A stretch of DNA of 64,000 nucleotides from an uncultured Chloroflexia bacterium (GCA_963715415.1 CAVQSG010000041.1:3885-67884); one strand, 5' to 3'. Counted from the stretch's first letter, positions 31,075 through 44,403 are shown. Numbers and translations: made by a program. The notes: a model not told the origin generated them from the letters alone.

Positions 31075-32976
31075 ATGAACGATCATTGCTTCCGTCCGAC
31101 AAGCATCGTGATGCCGGTTGCCGGTCTCATCTTGGGCATACTCATCGTCATCGGACTTGCTCACTCCGGCTCGAGTGCCGGTATTAGCAACTGGACCTCC
31201 AATGTGTCGCTTCCGGAGCCTTTTGCAGGTGTCAATGCGATTCGGCACGGCGATTATCTCTATATCGTGGGCGGTAAATCGACCTCAGCGCAGGACTTCG
31301 GCGTTTCAACGCGTGTCTATGTTGCAGAGCTGGATGGCAACGGCAACGTTAAGTCGTGGAATACGACGACGCCTTTGCAGGAGCCGAGTTTCTTACATGC
31401 AACCTTGGTCACTTCCGATCACATCTACGTCTTCGGAGGCTACACCGGCCGCAATTCCCGCGAACGAGTCTGGCGTGCGCAGTTCCTCGCCGATGGTGCA
31501 CTGGGTGAGTGGGAAAAGCTCCGGGACATGCCGCAGGCCATGCATTTCAACCAAGCCGTTCTAGTTGGTGATCGCATTTACATCGTCGGCGGCTACCGCG
31601 ATACTGAACTGTTCGACACCGTCTACTACAGCACCATCAAGGAAAGTGGCATCTCAACCTGGAAGTTGACGCGCAAACTACCAGTCCCACTGTACCGCCA
31701 TCGCTCCGTGGCCCACAACGGCGTCATCTATGTACTTGGCGGACGAACCGGCGAAGATACAGCTGCTGTCTATATGACGCGTCCTGGGGAAGATGGCCAA
31801 ATCGGCGCGTGGACGGAAACGACTGCTCTGCCGGAGCCGCGCTCCTATCACAGCGCGGTCGTGCATGATGGCCGCATCTACGTACTCGGCGGACGCAACG
31901 AAAATCTCGAACTGGCAAGCGTGATCTCTGCGTCAATCCTGGCAAGCGGCGAACTCGGAGAGTGGTCACCTGAAGCGTCCCTCCCGCAAGCAATTTACCG
32001 GTTTGGTGCGGCGACAGCCGGGCGATCAGCTGCAGATGACATCTATGTGGTAGGTGGAGTCCACGGCGATGAACTACAGTCGGCCGTCTATCGCGGTGGT
32101 GCGCCCTCGCCGACCGCAACACCCACGCCGACTCCCACGCCGGACGCACCTGCAACACCACAACCACTTGCTGATCTTCAGGTAGCGCTCATCAACTCAC
32201 CACGCGGATGGGTGGCCCCAGGGCAGGAGATCCGTTACGAATTGCGCTTTCGCAACGTCGGTTCGACAGAAGTCACAGATGTCGACATTATCGGTCTTGT
32301 ACCGGACCACACGGAGCTAGTTTCTGGCAGTGTATCGACCGGCGTCGCGGATTCACACACGGTCGAAGGTACTGAAGCAGGCAGCGCAGTAACTTGGAAG
32401 ATTGGCGTACTCCAGGCAGGTGGCGAAGGTGTTGTTTCGTATCGTGTGACGCGATTGGAGTTGGACGCGCCGCCGGTGCCCTTCGCGCTGGAAATCGACA
32501 AGGCGGGCCCTGCTCAGGTCGATCCCGGCGACCCCATCATCTATACTCTGACCATTACGAATCTCGTGCCGCTGACCTTTACCAATTTGTTGGTGGAAGA
32601 CGTAATGCCAGCCAATGCTGTCTATGTTTCCGGCGGCGACGCGCCGCCCAATAACGGTGTGGTCTCCTGGACACTGCCGTCATTGGCGTCGGAGTCGTCG
32701 GCACAGGTGGAGTTTGCCGTCACGGCCACGACCAGTATTGTAAACATCGATTATCGAGTCTCGGCAGAAGGCGGTACGTCAGCCGTGGGACGTTCGACGG
32801 TTGTCACGCTGGTCGGCGACAAACCGCTGTCGTCGAGTCCGGACGGTGTAGTCGTCGCCAACGACTCGGGACGTGCCACCTGGAGTCAGGCCGGCGCCCT
32901 GATGACCAGGCGCATCAACGGGGTACAAAATCCGTCGGCGAACGATCTGTTCCTGCCCTACGTGGTTCAACGTTAA
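31075..32976 (+). CDS. Membrane-anchored Kelch-repeat protein with two DUF11-type repeat domains
   Basis: An N-terminal TM segment is followed by six Kelch-like blades (YIVGG, IYVFGGY, IYIVGGY, IYVLGGR x2, IYVVGG), a TP linker and DUF11-like segments (IRYELRFRNVGSTEVTDV, IIYTLTITNLVP). Confidence 0.75.
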   Translation: MNDHCFRPTSIVMPVAGLILGILIVIGLAHSGSSAGISNWTSNVSLPEPFAGVNAIRHGDYLYIVGGKSTSAQDFGVSTRVYVAELDGNGNVKSWNTTTPLQEPSFLHATLVTSDHIYVFGGYTGRNSRERVWRAQFLADGALGEWEKLRDMPQAMHFNQAVLVGDRIYIVGGYRDTELFDTVYYSTIKESGISTWKLTRKLPVPLYRHRSVAHNGVIYVLGGRTGEDTAAVYMTRPGEDGQIGAWTETTALPEPRSYHSAVVHDGRIYVLGGRNENLELASVISASILASGELGEWSPEASLPQAIYRFGAATAGRSAADDIYVVGGVHGDELQSAVYRGGAPSPTATPTPTPTPDAPATPQPLADLQVALINSPRGWVAPGQEIRYELRFRNVGSTEVTDVDIIGLVPDHTELVSGSVSTGVADSHTVEGTEAGSAVTWKIGVLQAGGEGVVSYRVTRLELDAPPVPFALEIDKAGPAQVDPGDPIIYTLTITNLVPLTFTNLLVEDVMPANAVYVSGGDAPPNNGVVSWTLPSLASESSAQVEFAVTATTSIVNIDYRVSAEGGTSAVGRSTVVTLVGDKPLSSSPDGVVVANDSGRATWSQAGALMTRRINGVQNPSANDLFLPYVVQR

Positions 32977-32980
32977 CGAC

Positions 32981-35900
32981 ATGGTTGCTATGAAAACTGC
33001 TACACCACATTTCATCTTGCGGTCAACTCTGGCTGCCCTCTTGTTCGCCACGGCAGTGGCACTATTGCCCTTCCGACCGGCGCGTGCACAGGACGCCGAT
33101 CTGATCGTGACAAAGAGCAATGACAAGGCCGGCAGCGCTACATTGGGCGAGCAGTTCAACTGGTCGATTGTCGTCCGCAATCCAAGCACTTCCGCCGCAC
33201 AATTCGACAATGGTGAACGAGTCTTTCTAGACGATTTGGCGAGCGGTCCGGTCTATGGTGCTCCTTCGATCGCTACCGGCGACGGTACTGCAGGAGAGAA
33301 CCTGAATTGTGCAGTCGACTCCGCAGCCTTGGCCTGTACAGCCGGCAACACCGGTGTGTCCTTACCGGGTACCTCCGCCGCCATCACGATCACGTTACCG
33401 GTGACCCCCACTGCGACCGGTGTCTTGAGCAATCCGGTCGCTGCCGGCGTTTGCGCCGTTGACCCGGACGACAACGTCCTCGAAGGTGACGAGGGCAACA
33501 ACAATTGCACTGATTCCGTGACGGTCGGTGCGCCGGACTTAGTGATCTCAAAGGTCAATGACGTATCCGGCGCCATCTACTTCGGCGAGAGTTTTGTCTG
33601 GCGCGTGACGCTGCACAACCAGGGAGACCGCGTGGCGCGCTTTTCCAGCTTTGAGTGGATGTTCGAGGACGAACTGCCGGTCGCGGCGAAATATGGCCTG
33701 CCGGCAATCACCGGTTCGACTGCCATAACCGGAACGCCAAGCTGTGTGGTGCACAACAAGATTTTGGCTTGCCAGGCATTGGGTGAGGTGCTCGTCGGCG
33801 CCGGGACCGGCAAACTTGTCGTCGATGTAACCGCGACGCCGACACAGCTGGGGGATTTCACCAATTCGAGCAGCGCGTGTGCTGCGGACCCGAAGGGGGT
33901 GGTTCAGGAAGCGGATGAAGGCAACAACAGCTGTACGAACAGCGTCACCGTGAGCGGCGTGGATCTGCAGCTTGACAAGTCGACCCGTACGCAGCAAATT
34001 TTCCCGGGTGACTCCATATCATACACGCTGGTCTACACCAATGCGGGCAATATCACCGCATCCAACGTCATCATTACCGAGTCGGTGCCGGCCGGCACAT
34101 CTTTCAACGCTGCCGCCAGCACGGCGGGATGGGACTGTGGCGATGCTGCGCCGGCCGGAACGGACTGTCACTTCCGGGCGGGCTCGTTGGCAGCAACCAC
34201 ATCCGGCAGCGCAAGATTCGTGGTCGATACACCCGAGGTTTTTACAACGGTACTTGCTGCGGTCGTCAACAAAGCCACCATCGGCGATGATGGCGCAGGC
34301 GGCATTGACGCGCATTCTATCGACAACGCGGCCCAGGTCTCGACGCCTGTCGTAGGTGCAGTGACATTGGTCGCTACCCAGGTTGATATGCTTGCCAGCG
34401 ACAATGACAACAATGATGCACCAAGTCCCGGCGACAAAATTCGTTACACGATTGCCGTCACCAATACCGGATCCGTGCCGGCTGAGTCAGTTCTGTTCGC
34501 TGCCGTTTTGGATCCCAACTCCCCGCTCGTGGTCGGCACGACGCAGACAACTTGGGGTAACGTGGTGTCCGGCAACCAGACGGGGCAGACAGCAGTGCAA
34601 GTTGACTTGGAGGTGCTCCCGCCGGATCAACCCGTCGTCATCACCTTTGACGTGCTGGTTTCTTCGCCTCTGGCTCCCGGCGTAGACAGAATCAAGAATC
34701 AGTCAGTGCTGACCGGCGCCAATTTCGCTACGGTGGTCACTGACGATCCCGATACACAAGCTGTTGCCGACACGACCATTACATTTGTGAGCGCTGAGCC
34801 ACATCTGATTGCAACTATGGTCGATTCTTTGTTAGTCGATGTAGACGGCAATGATCGACCCTCACCTGGTGATCGATTGCTCTATACAGTACGCATCGGC
34901 AATGAGGGCAATCGCAACGCAAGTGGCGTTGTCTACATCGACAGTGGGAGCGCCAACGCCAGTCTGGTTCCCGGCTCCGTCACGGTCTCGGACAACCGAG
35001 GTTCCGTGGTGAGCGGCAACAACGCGGCTGACAACGCGGTTGAGGTGTCGATCGGAGTGGTTCGGGGGCGCGGCGATGCTGTCACCTTGACCTATGCTGT
35101 CGATGTCGTTACCCCGATGCCTGCCGGTGTTGCCTTTGTCGAACGTCAGGGCTTGGTGGCCAGCGAACAGTTGCCCCAGCTACCGACCGACGATCCGGAC
35201 CGCGCCGGCATTACGAACCCGACGCGCACCGCCATCGATGCCGATGCCGTGCTTGTCGCAACTAAAACGGATCGAATCTTGATTGACGCTGACGCCAGCA
35301 ATTCCGCCAGCCCGGGCGATACACTGTTTTACGAAATCGATATTCGGAATATCGGGAATGCCAATGCCGCAGGGGTTCTCTTCCAAGACGCTTTGGACGA
35401 AAACGTGACACTTGACCCAGGCGGAGTACAGACGACCGTCGGCTCTGTCATCGGTGACAATGGCCCATCGGCGCGCCAGGTGTCCGTTGCCATCGGCGTT
35501 CTGGGCGCGGGCGAACGGGCATCGATCGCGATTCGAGTCAAGATCAACGAACAGGCACCGGCCGATTTGCGCGAGCTTGTCAACCAGGGCAGGGTTCTGA
35601 GTGACGACCGGCCTAAGCTATCGACCGATGATCCGGACCAGCCTGGTTCCAGCGATCCGACCAGGACACTGATTGCAAGTGATGTGGTCATCTATACCGC
35701 ACTACGCGATTATCTGTTGCTCGACGCCGACAATAGCGGCAATGTATCGCAAGGCGATACATTGCTTTATCGCTTGGATGTCCACAATTACGGCAACTTG
35801 CCGGCCAGAAGCGGCGAGATTGAAATTGTCGCGTACCCGTATCTTGTGCTCCAAACCGGCACGGTGCAGACAGACCAAGGCAGGGTGACAGCGGGCAACG

Positions 35901-36169
35901 GCACAGACGATGCCAACGCAGTCATCCGGGTCGATATGCTTCCACCGGGTGGGCAGGCCACGATCACGTTGCGCATGACGGTGGGCGACGTGTCCGGCCG
36001 CTTTAGCGTCGATCAGCAAGCAATCGCCCGCTTTGACAATCCGCGTGGCGGGCAATATACGGTCTACTCCGACGATCCGGATACGGCTATCGTGGGCGAT
36101 AGAACAGTCTCTGCGTTGTTTGGCATTCGATCGTTGACGTTCCTCTATCTGCCGCTTGTCTATCGGTAA
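32981..36169 (+). CDS. Large secreted protein with multiple DUF11 / conserved-repeat domains
   Basis: A signal peptide is followed by repeated modules ending in TDDPD..DPT. The motifs DLIVTKSND and DLVISKVND are typical of DUF11 arrays. Confidence 0.75.
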   Translation: MVAMKTATPHFILRSTLAALLFATAVALLPFRPARAQDADLIVTKSNDKAGSATLGEQFNWSIVVRNPSTSAAQFDNGERVFLDDLASGPVYGAPSIATGDGTAGENLNCAVDSAALACTAGNTGVSLPGTSAAITITLPVTPTATGVLSNPVAAGVCAVDPDDNVLEGDEGNNNCTDSVTVGAPDLVISKVNDVSGAIYFGESFVWRVTLHNQGDRVARFSSFEWMFEDELPVAAKYGLPAITGSTAITGTPSCVVHNKILACQALGEVLVGAGTGKLVVDVTATPTQLGDFTNSSSACAADPKGVVQEADEGNNSCTNSVTVSGVDLQLDKSTRTQQIFPGDSISYTLVYTNAGNITASNVIITESVPAGTSFNAAASTAGWDCGDAAPAGTDCHFRAGSLAATTSGSARFVVDTPEVFTTVLAAVVNKATIGDDGAGGIDAHSIDNAAQVSTPVVGAVTLVATQVDMLASDNDNNDAPSPGDKIRYTIAVTNTGSVPAESVLFAAVLDPNSPLVVGTTQTTWGNVVSGNQTGQTAVQVDLEVLPPDQPVVITFDVLVSSPLAPGVDRIKNQSVLTGANFATVVTDDPDTQAVADTTITFVSAEPHLIATMVDSLLVDVDGNDRPSPGDRLLYTVRIGNEGNRNASGVVYIDSGSANASLVPGSVTVSDNRGSVVSGNNAADNAVEVSIGVVRGRGDAVTLTYAVDVVTPMPAGVAFVERQGLVASEQLPQLPTDDPDRAGITNPTRTAIDADAVLVATKTDRILIDADASNSASPGDTLFYEIDIRNIGNANAAGVLFQDALDENVTLDPGGVQTTVGSVIGDNGPSARQVSVAIGVLGAGERASIAIRVKINEQAPADLRELVNQGRVLSDDRPKLSTDDPDQPGSSDPTRTLIASDVVIYTALRDYLLLDADNSGNVSQGDTLLYRLDVHNYGNLPARSGEIEIVAYPYLVLQTGTVQTDQGRVTAGNGTDDANAVIRVDMLPPGGQATITLRMTVGDVSGRFSVDQQAIARFDNPRGGQYTVYSDDPDTAIVGDRTVSALFGIRSLTFLYLPLVYR

Positions 36170-36520
36170 TTTCATCAGCTCCAAATTGAGAAACAGGGCG
36201 CCGTCTAGCGCCCAATTGTCTTTATGGCGTTACAGTGCGCCGCCGTTGTGCTGTCTGCAACACAGATGAAGCCGGCAGATGATGTCTGTGCGGATCCCAT
36301 CTGCTCGCTTCGACCCGGACTGTGTATCAATCCTCGTCATTTGCCCCTTTGTTCAGCCCGTTCCATAATGCACTTTGTCGAGTAACCGGTTATCGCGCCG
36401 ACTGCGCCTGCCACCCAATCGCTGTCTGAAACATCCTGGCGGCTTGTGGCAACGGTTGGTGGTTTGGACCGGTTACGTACTCAATTGAGGCGCTGCCGCT
36501 ATCGGAAGGAGTGTCATTCC

Positions 36521-36835
36521 ATGGCCGAACTCTATCTCAAGACCATCCAGGAGCAGTGGGGAAATATCTCCCGTCTCTACAACGAATTCGCCGAGGAACG
36601 TCCGGTGATGATGCTCGATGTAGGTGCAGGTGAAGTCCACGCCTTCGCCTACGATCGACTTGTGGAGCTGTTGGATGTCGAGTCCCAAACCGGACTGACG
36701 GTTCAATACCAGCGCGCGCTGGATCGCCGTGAAATGGTGCTCTTTGTGCGTGATCCCGAGCGCAAGCAACTACTCTCGTACACCTTGAAACTCGAGGACG
36801 AAGCCCCATCATCGTTGGAGGAGGATGCAACATGA
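36521..36835 (+). CDS. Hypothetical protein (104 aa)
   Basis: A GGAAGGAG SD lies 9 nt upstream of the ATG at 36521. The stop forms an ATGA overlap with the next gene. Confidence 0.5.
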   Translation: MAELYLKTIQEQWGNISRLYNEFAEERPVMMLDVGAGEVHAFAYDRLVELLDVESQTGLTVQYQRALDRREMVLFVRDPERKQLLSYTLKLEDEAPSSLEEDAT

Positions 36836-37725
36836 GCAGAGACCGGTCCGATATGCGCAAACGGATCCATGCACTGTATCGCCAGGAGCACGAGGAGCTA
36901 GGACTCGACGGCGTATACCGGCAGCTAGAAGAAGCGCGACGCTGGAAATTGGCGCAAACGCTGCGCGACGGCGGTGTGCTTGTCTTCCCCCACGCCGGGG
37001 TCGCCGACTGCGGACACCAGATAGCCGCCGTTGTGAACGCGTGCCTGGACAGCGGCGCCGACAAGGTGCTGGTCGTTAGCGTGTTACATGCCTTCACGGA
37101 AGAGATGGAGAATACGCGCGTGCGGGTTGCGGCGGGCGAAGCGCCGTCCAAGTTTCGTCACTGGGGCATTCAAGGCACCGGATTAGATGGCCGCGACGAT
37201 TGGCGGCAAGATCATGCCCTCTTCAGCTTTCGTCACTTCTGGACGGCCGAATCCGAACGACGCCGAATCAAGGCACCGCAAGTCGTGGAGCGCTATCCAT
37301 ATCTTGCCGGTGGTATACCGGATGAACTGCCGGGGATCGATGAATTGATGCGGCAGGCCGAGGACTCTGTGCTCGTCTCCACTGCCGATCCGTTTCATCA
37401 CGGCATCGGCTACGGGACACCGTCAGAGGAGGCGTTGCCACCCGACGCCCGCGGCATGGCGGCGGCTCGTACCTCCATTGAGGAAGGGATCGAGCTATTG
37501 GCAGCGGCTGATTATTGGGGATACAACCAGCAGTGTGTGCGTGCCACGAGTGATCCGCACGACGCGGGCCAAGTCTTTCGCTATGTCCGTGGTCCCATGC
37601 AAGGGCACATTTTGGATCTGACCTATACCGATGCGGCGGAACTATGCAGCTCGCCGCCACCGACCTGGGTCGCTGCCGCCCTCGTTGAATGGACGCCGAT
37701 GTCGCAGAAGCCGACACAGGCCTAA
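36832..37725 (+). CDS. Hypothetical protein (297 aa), weak resemblance to Memo/AmmeMemoRadiSam-B-like fold
   Basis: VFPHAGVADCGHQIAAV and ADPFHHGIGYG are reminiscent of Memo-type His motifs. This is not a secure assignment. Confidence 0.4.
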   Translation: MSRDRSDMRKRIHALYRQEHEELGLDGVYRQLEEARRWKLAQTLRDGGVLVFPHAGVADCGHQIAAVVNACLDSGADKVLVVSVLHAFTEEMENTRVRVAAGEAPSKFRHWGIQGTGLDGRDDWRQDHALFSFRHFWTAESERRRIKAPQVVERYPYLAGGIPDELPGIDELMRQAEDSVLVSTADPFHHGIGYGTPSEEALPPDARGMAAARTSIEEGIELLAAADYWGYNQQCVRATSDPHDAGQVFRYVRGPMQGHILDLTYTDAAELCSSPPPTWVAAALVEWTPMSQKPTQA

Positions 37726-37834
37726 ATTAGGAACCGGTCGTGACTATCCGGAAATCGGCAGATCGTACCGGTGACAGTATGGCACTTGAAAGCGTTTGGC
37801 AGAGTATCCGACTGACCGATAGGGAGAGTGCATC

Positions 37835-38410
37835 GTGGGACCGTTTGAGACCGGACGCCTGATGCTACGCAGGTTTGAGGAAACGGACTTCGAGTCGATA
37901 TACAGGCTTATCTACGTAGACAAGGAAGTTTACGGCATGTATAGCTCCATCGGCGGCGACTATGAGGCAGCGCGCGAGCGGTTCATGCACGCTGTCTTTC
38001 AACCCCCCAACAGCGAGTTTGGTCGGTTGGCCGTGGCCATCAAATCGTCCGGTCAAGTGATTGGGCAAATACACCTGGACCCACATGTCTGGACCGAATC
38101 ATTTCTGACGACCTCGGACAACGTCACCGCAGGTCAAAATGGGAATGGAACCATCGAGGTTGAACTGGCTTTTGCCTTCGGGATGCGCTATTGGGGCAAT
38201 GGGTACGCCTTCGAAGCCTGCAAGCGCATGATCGACTATGCGTTTGAGGAACTGCATCTCCGCCGACTCGTGGGCGGCGCCATGCTTGAGAACGAGCGCT
38301 CAATCAATCTTCACAGGCGGCTGGGTTACCGGCTGGTGCGCAATTCGAATCCGGACGACCCGGTCGGCTGGATTACGATTTTGGACAACGAAAGCGGGGC
38401 TGCGGGTTAG
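37835..38410 (+). CDS. GNAT-family N-acetyltransferase (RimJ/RimL-like)
   Basis: LRRFEETDFESIYRL and WGNGYAFEACKRMIDYAFEELHLRRLVGGAMLENERSINLHRRLGY are present. Confidence 0.8.
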   Translation: MGPFETGRLMLRRFEETDFESIYRLIYVDKEVYGMYSSIGGDYEAARERFMHAVFQPPNSEFGRLAVAIKSSGQVIGQIHLDPHVWTESFLTTSDNVTAGQNGNGTIEVELAFAFGMRYWGNGYAFEACKRMIDYAFEELHLRRLVGGAMLENERSINLHRRLGYRLVRNSNPDDPVGWITILDNESGAAG

Positions 38411-38507
38411 AACAGTACCGGGCTGTCGCACGAATGAGCAATCTACTTTGATGAACCGTGCCCGGAGTCCGCGAGAGATGCGCCGAGCGGCGATTGGTCC
38501 GACCTGT

Positions 38508-39383
38508 CTAAAAGCCCAATGGGATCAGGCCATACAGCCCAAGGCCGGCGATGAGTAGCGGTTGGTGAATGATGTAGATCAGCAGCGAATGGCGGCCAAA
38601 GAACTGAAGAGCTTGAAAGAGAGAGAAGTCTCCCCGATCGGGCAGGAAAAAGCGACGACCGCGATCACCGTAGGCCATGTTGCCGACAAAGATGCCCAAC
38701 AGCGCTACACCAAACCAGGGAAAGACGGGAAAGAAATCAGGCGGTGCGTAGTATCGTGGCGTGAGTCCCGCCCAAACGAACCATAGGGTCTCCACTAAGA
38801 GATTCTGGACGAGCCAGCCGATCGCCAAAAATGCAAGCCACATCAAGAGGTTGAGCCACCGAAAACGCAGGAACGGGTAACCGGCAATGATCGAAAAACC
38901 GATCAGATGTAACACCCCAAAGTGCGCAAACCCACTTCCCGCCAACCACATGACCACCGACACCGCAATGCCCGATCCCATGATTTTCAGACCGCGCAAC
39001 AGGAATTTCCGAAACAACCTCTTGGTACCACCATGGGACAGTTTGGCCCGGCGGTAGCTAATTGTCATCGAAACGCCTACAAGAATGATGAACAGCGACG
39101 CCGTCGTACGCTGGAAGTATTTCCAGAATCCCGCCCAGAGCACCAGCTCGGGCATGACCTGATAGGCATACAAATCCCACATCAGATGGAAAATGACCAT
39201 CATCACGATGGCCACGCCGCGAAGTGTATCGATTTCCCAATAACGTGCTGAAGACGTTCGCACGCGCCGAGTATGAACTGCTTGACTGACTCCGGTCAAC
39301 GAGCGCTCCTTGATTGTTGGGTTCGTCCGAAAAAACCGCCCGGAGATTGATGTACAGACCATTCTACCTATCGACGTCCGCAC
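38508..39383 (-). CDS. DUF1624 / heparan-alpha-glucosaminide N-acetyltransferase-like membrane protein
   Basis: RYWEIDTLRGVAIVMMVIFHLMWDL and multiple TM segments are present. The true start is probably downstream of 39383. Confidence 0.7.
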   Translation of the reverse strand: MRTSIGRMVCTSISGRFFRTNPTIKERSLTGVSQAVHTRRVRTSSARYWEIDTLRGVAIVMMVIFHLMWDLYAYQVMPELVLWAGFWKYFQRTTASLFIILVGVSMTISYRRAKLSHGGTKRLFRKFLLRGLKIMGSGIAVSVVMWLAGSGFAHFGVLHLIGFSIIAGYPFLRFRWLNLLMWLAFLAIGWLVQNLLVETLWFVWAGLTPRYYAPPDFFPVFPWFGVALLGIFVGNMAYGDRGRRFFLPDRGDFSLFQALQFFGRHSLLIYIIHQPLLIAGLGLYGLIPLGF

Positions 39384-39821
39384 ATGTCAACAGAATCCGA
39401 CTGGCCGGGAGCGTCCCAGGTTTCTTGGGAATCGGATCCACCCCGGGCGTACGCCTGCCGTCGACCGTGTCGGGTGAAGTTGAGACGCCGGTGGAGAGGG
39501 TTCGGACGGATCCGTTTGGGTCGTGTCTAGAGCACGGTAACGACCGCACGTTTACTCTCCAAAAATCAGGGACGCTCCCCGTCGGCAGGGCAGGATGCGG
39601 CCTGTCGTCGGATGTCCGGATGGATGCATGTAGTTGCCGGCGCCTGTTCGTCGCTCACAGACCGTGATATACTCGCAGCATGTACATTTCCCCCGGTTGA
39701 ATCGATATCTGCCGGTCCGGATTACCGGCAGACCGCAACCCAGTCTGTTTGGCTACAACTTGTTCAGCTGTAACGAATGTCTCTACCTGTTCACTGCATT
39801 GTCCGAAGGAGGAATCATTCC

Positions 39822-41744
<1,923 letters not shown>

Positions 41745-42170
41745 GCTGTAAATCCTCGTTCGGACCCGTCAAATTCCAACGGGTCCGGACGGATCCCCCA
41801 TCTGTCGCATTTGAGAGACCGTGTGCAGGGTAGCCGTTTTCGGATGCCGGGGATTTGATTACCCTGAATTCGAACGAGGCCATCGCAACATTGGTCGTCA
41901 CACCATTTGGGGTACGACGCTAAGGCCGGTTGGTGGTACGACGGTTGCCGGTGCGTCCGCTCCAGAATCGCTCGCCGCCGTGACCGCTACTTGTCGGACC
42001 AAACCGGTTCTGAATTCGGGCGCAACTGGGCGATCATACAATACCGGCACGGAATCCCTCTGCCAATTGGCCGGCAATATCGACAGCGACTTTGTCCTTG
42101 CGCACGGTTCCTGGACACCGGTGTGGCTGGAGAGATTTACCATCAGCATGACACTTCAAAGGAGACGAAC

Positions 42171-43756
42171 ATGGCAATTTCACTACCCGACGGCGTGAAG
42201 ATAACCGGCCCCATTTCGGCAAATGTAGAGACAGTTCTGACCGGCGATGCACTGGCATTTATCGCCGAACTCCAACGCCGATTTAACGGCCGGCGAGAGG
42301 AACTGCTGGCCGCGCGTCGCGAGCGACAGGCAGCTATCGACGGCGGCATGACGCCCGGCTTTCTTCCCGACACTGCCCCTGTTCGTGCAGGAGATCGGAC
42401 TGTGGCACCGGCGCCGGCCGATCTCAATGACCGGCGGGTTGAGATCACCGGGCCTACCGAACGGAAGATGATGATCAACGCGCTCAACTCCGGGGCCAAG
42501 GTGTTTATGGCCGATTTTGAAGACGCCCTCTCGCCGACCTGGGAGAATGTAATCGACGGACAGATCAACTGTAGCGACGCCGTGCGCCGTACCATTGAGT
42601 TTGCCGAATCCGGATGGACGTCAGTACACACTGAACGAGACAGTCGCCACCCTGTTGATCCGGCCCCGCGGCTGGCATTTGACGGAGAAGCACGTGCACG
42701 GTCGACGGCGCGGCAGATCTCGGGCAGTCTCTTTGACTTCGGTCTCTATATGTATCCGCAATGCAGCGAATTGCTGGCCCGCGGCAGCGGTCCGTATTTC
42801 TATCTGCCCAAGCTGGAAAGCCATCTGGAGGCACGGCTCTGGAACGACGTGTTTGTCGATGCGCAGGAACAGTTGGGAATACCTCATGGCAGCATCCGGG
42901 CCACCGTGCTAATCGAGACAATTCTGGGGCGCTGGAGATGGAGGAGATTCTCTATGAAATCCGCGACCATGCCGCCGGGCTCAACGCTGGACGATGGGAC
43001 TACATCTTTAGCACAATCAAGAAGTTCGCCCGGCGTGAGAAGATGCTGCTGCCCGATCGTGGACAGGTCACCATGACTGTGCCCTTCATGCGCGCATACA
43101 CCGAACTCATGGTACGTACTTGTCACAAGCGGGGCGCACATGCAATCGGTGGTATGGCGGCCTTCATCCCCAACCGCCGCGATCCGGAGGTGACCGAGAA
43201 CGCACTCGCCAAAGTGCGGGAAGACAAGCTACGTGAGTTTGGCGACGGCTGTGACGGAACCTGGGTGGCGCATCCCGATCTGGTTCCGACCGTGCTCGAT
43301 GTGGCCAATGACTTCTTTGGCAATAAGCCGAATCAGAAGGAGATGTTGCGTGAGGATGTCAACGTGACCGCCGCCGAGATCACTTCTGTGGGCGTGCCCG
43401 GCGGCACGATCACAGAGGCAGGTCTGCGCATGAACGTAAGCGTCGCTTTGCAGTACGTCGACTCGTGGCTCAATGGCAACGGCGCTGCCGCCATCAACAA
43501 TTTGATGGAGGACGCCGCCACCGCGGAGATTTCCCGGTCACAGATCTGGCAGTGGATGCACCACGGTGCAAAGCTGGACGATGGCCGAGCAATCACGTCG
43601 GAACTGTACGTCCAGGTGCGGGCGGAAGAATTGGAGAAGCTGGGTGGCGCGGCAGTTTCACGCTATGGCGAATCGGCCGAATTGCTCGACAGACTCTGCC
43701 TTAACGACGAATTTATCGACTTCTTGACCGCGCCAGCCTACGAGTTGCTGGCCTAA
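42171..43756 (+). pseudogene. aceB: Malate synthase A; about 3 frame interruptions (near 42600, 42700 and 42920)
   Basis: The segments [14 protein letters not shown]...[14 protein letters not shown] (frame 0), [15 protein letters not shown] (frame 1), [15 protein letters not shown] (frame 0) and [27 protein letters not shown]...WVAHPDLV (frame 2) concatenate into a complete MSA. Confidence 0.85.
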
Positions 43757-43765
43757 CGGCTAGAT

Positions 43766-43789
43766 CACCGTCGCCGGGCGGCGACGGTG
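43766..43789. terminator. Bidirectional hairpin between convergent aceB and rsfS
   Basis: The perfect 10-bp stem CACCGTCGCC/GGCGACGGTG has a GGGC loop. No clear U-tract is present. Confidence 0.4.
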
Positions 43790-43796
43790 CAAGAAC

Positions 43797-44151
43797 TTAT
43801 AGTACCTTGACGACCACGTTGGCTTTGTTCCAGAGCCCTTCCAGGTCGTAGCGGGCACGCATTTCAGTCGTGAGTAAATGGACGATCACATCGCCGTAGT
43901 CGAGGACCGCCCAGCCGCTGTTGCTACTGTCAACCCCGTCCAGATGCAAGGGCCGGATCTGATGTTCCAGCTTTAACTTGACCTGCAGATCATTTTCGAT
44001 CGCCCTGGCCTGCCGATCGTTGTCTACTGTGGCTATCACAAAATAGTTGGCCAGGGCCGTCAGTTCGCGGATATCCGAATAAGAGGATATCCGCTGCTTG
44101 TTTTTCCTCGACAATGTCGATGATATGTCGAGCTAGGGTAATACTGTCCAG
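43797..44151 (-). pseudogene. rsfS: Ribosome silencing factor RsfS (iojap-like); frame interruption near 44085; apparent CTG start
   Basis: YFVIATVDNDRQARAIENDL...WAVLDYGDVIVHLLTTEMRARYDLEGLW is present. The N-terminal ~22 aa (LDSITLARHIIDIVEEKQAADILL) are in another frame behind an AGGAGG SD. Confidence 0.75.
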
Positions 44152-44403
44152 AAATACCTCCTATTTGGTCGCAGAAGAATTCAGGTGCTCTTGAATTGCG
44201 CACCTGCACTTCGCAGCTAATACGCTTAGCATTGTCGAAAGTGTATCACACTGCCCCGTCCCTCTCAAGACCCTGACGATCGTGGCGCGTTTCACCTTGG
44301 GAGTGGATTCCCGCAAGATCCGGTTGATCTATTGGATATCCCCGCGCTGACGAAACGGCGATCCGCTCAGCCCGCGGCCCGCGTCCGACGTTCGAGAACG
44401 CCG

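Noticed and set aside
41745-42170. Possible glycine riboswitch in the 426-nt region upstream of malate synthase (CTGGAGAG motif)
   Set aside because: Only one short motif matches. The conserved ACCGAAGGGGCAA-type cores and the tandem aptamer organisation are absent.
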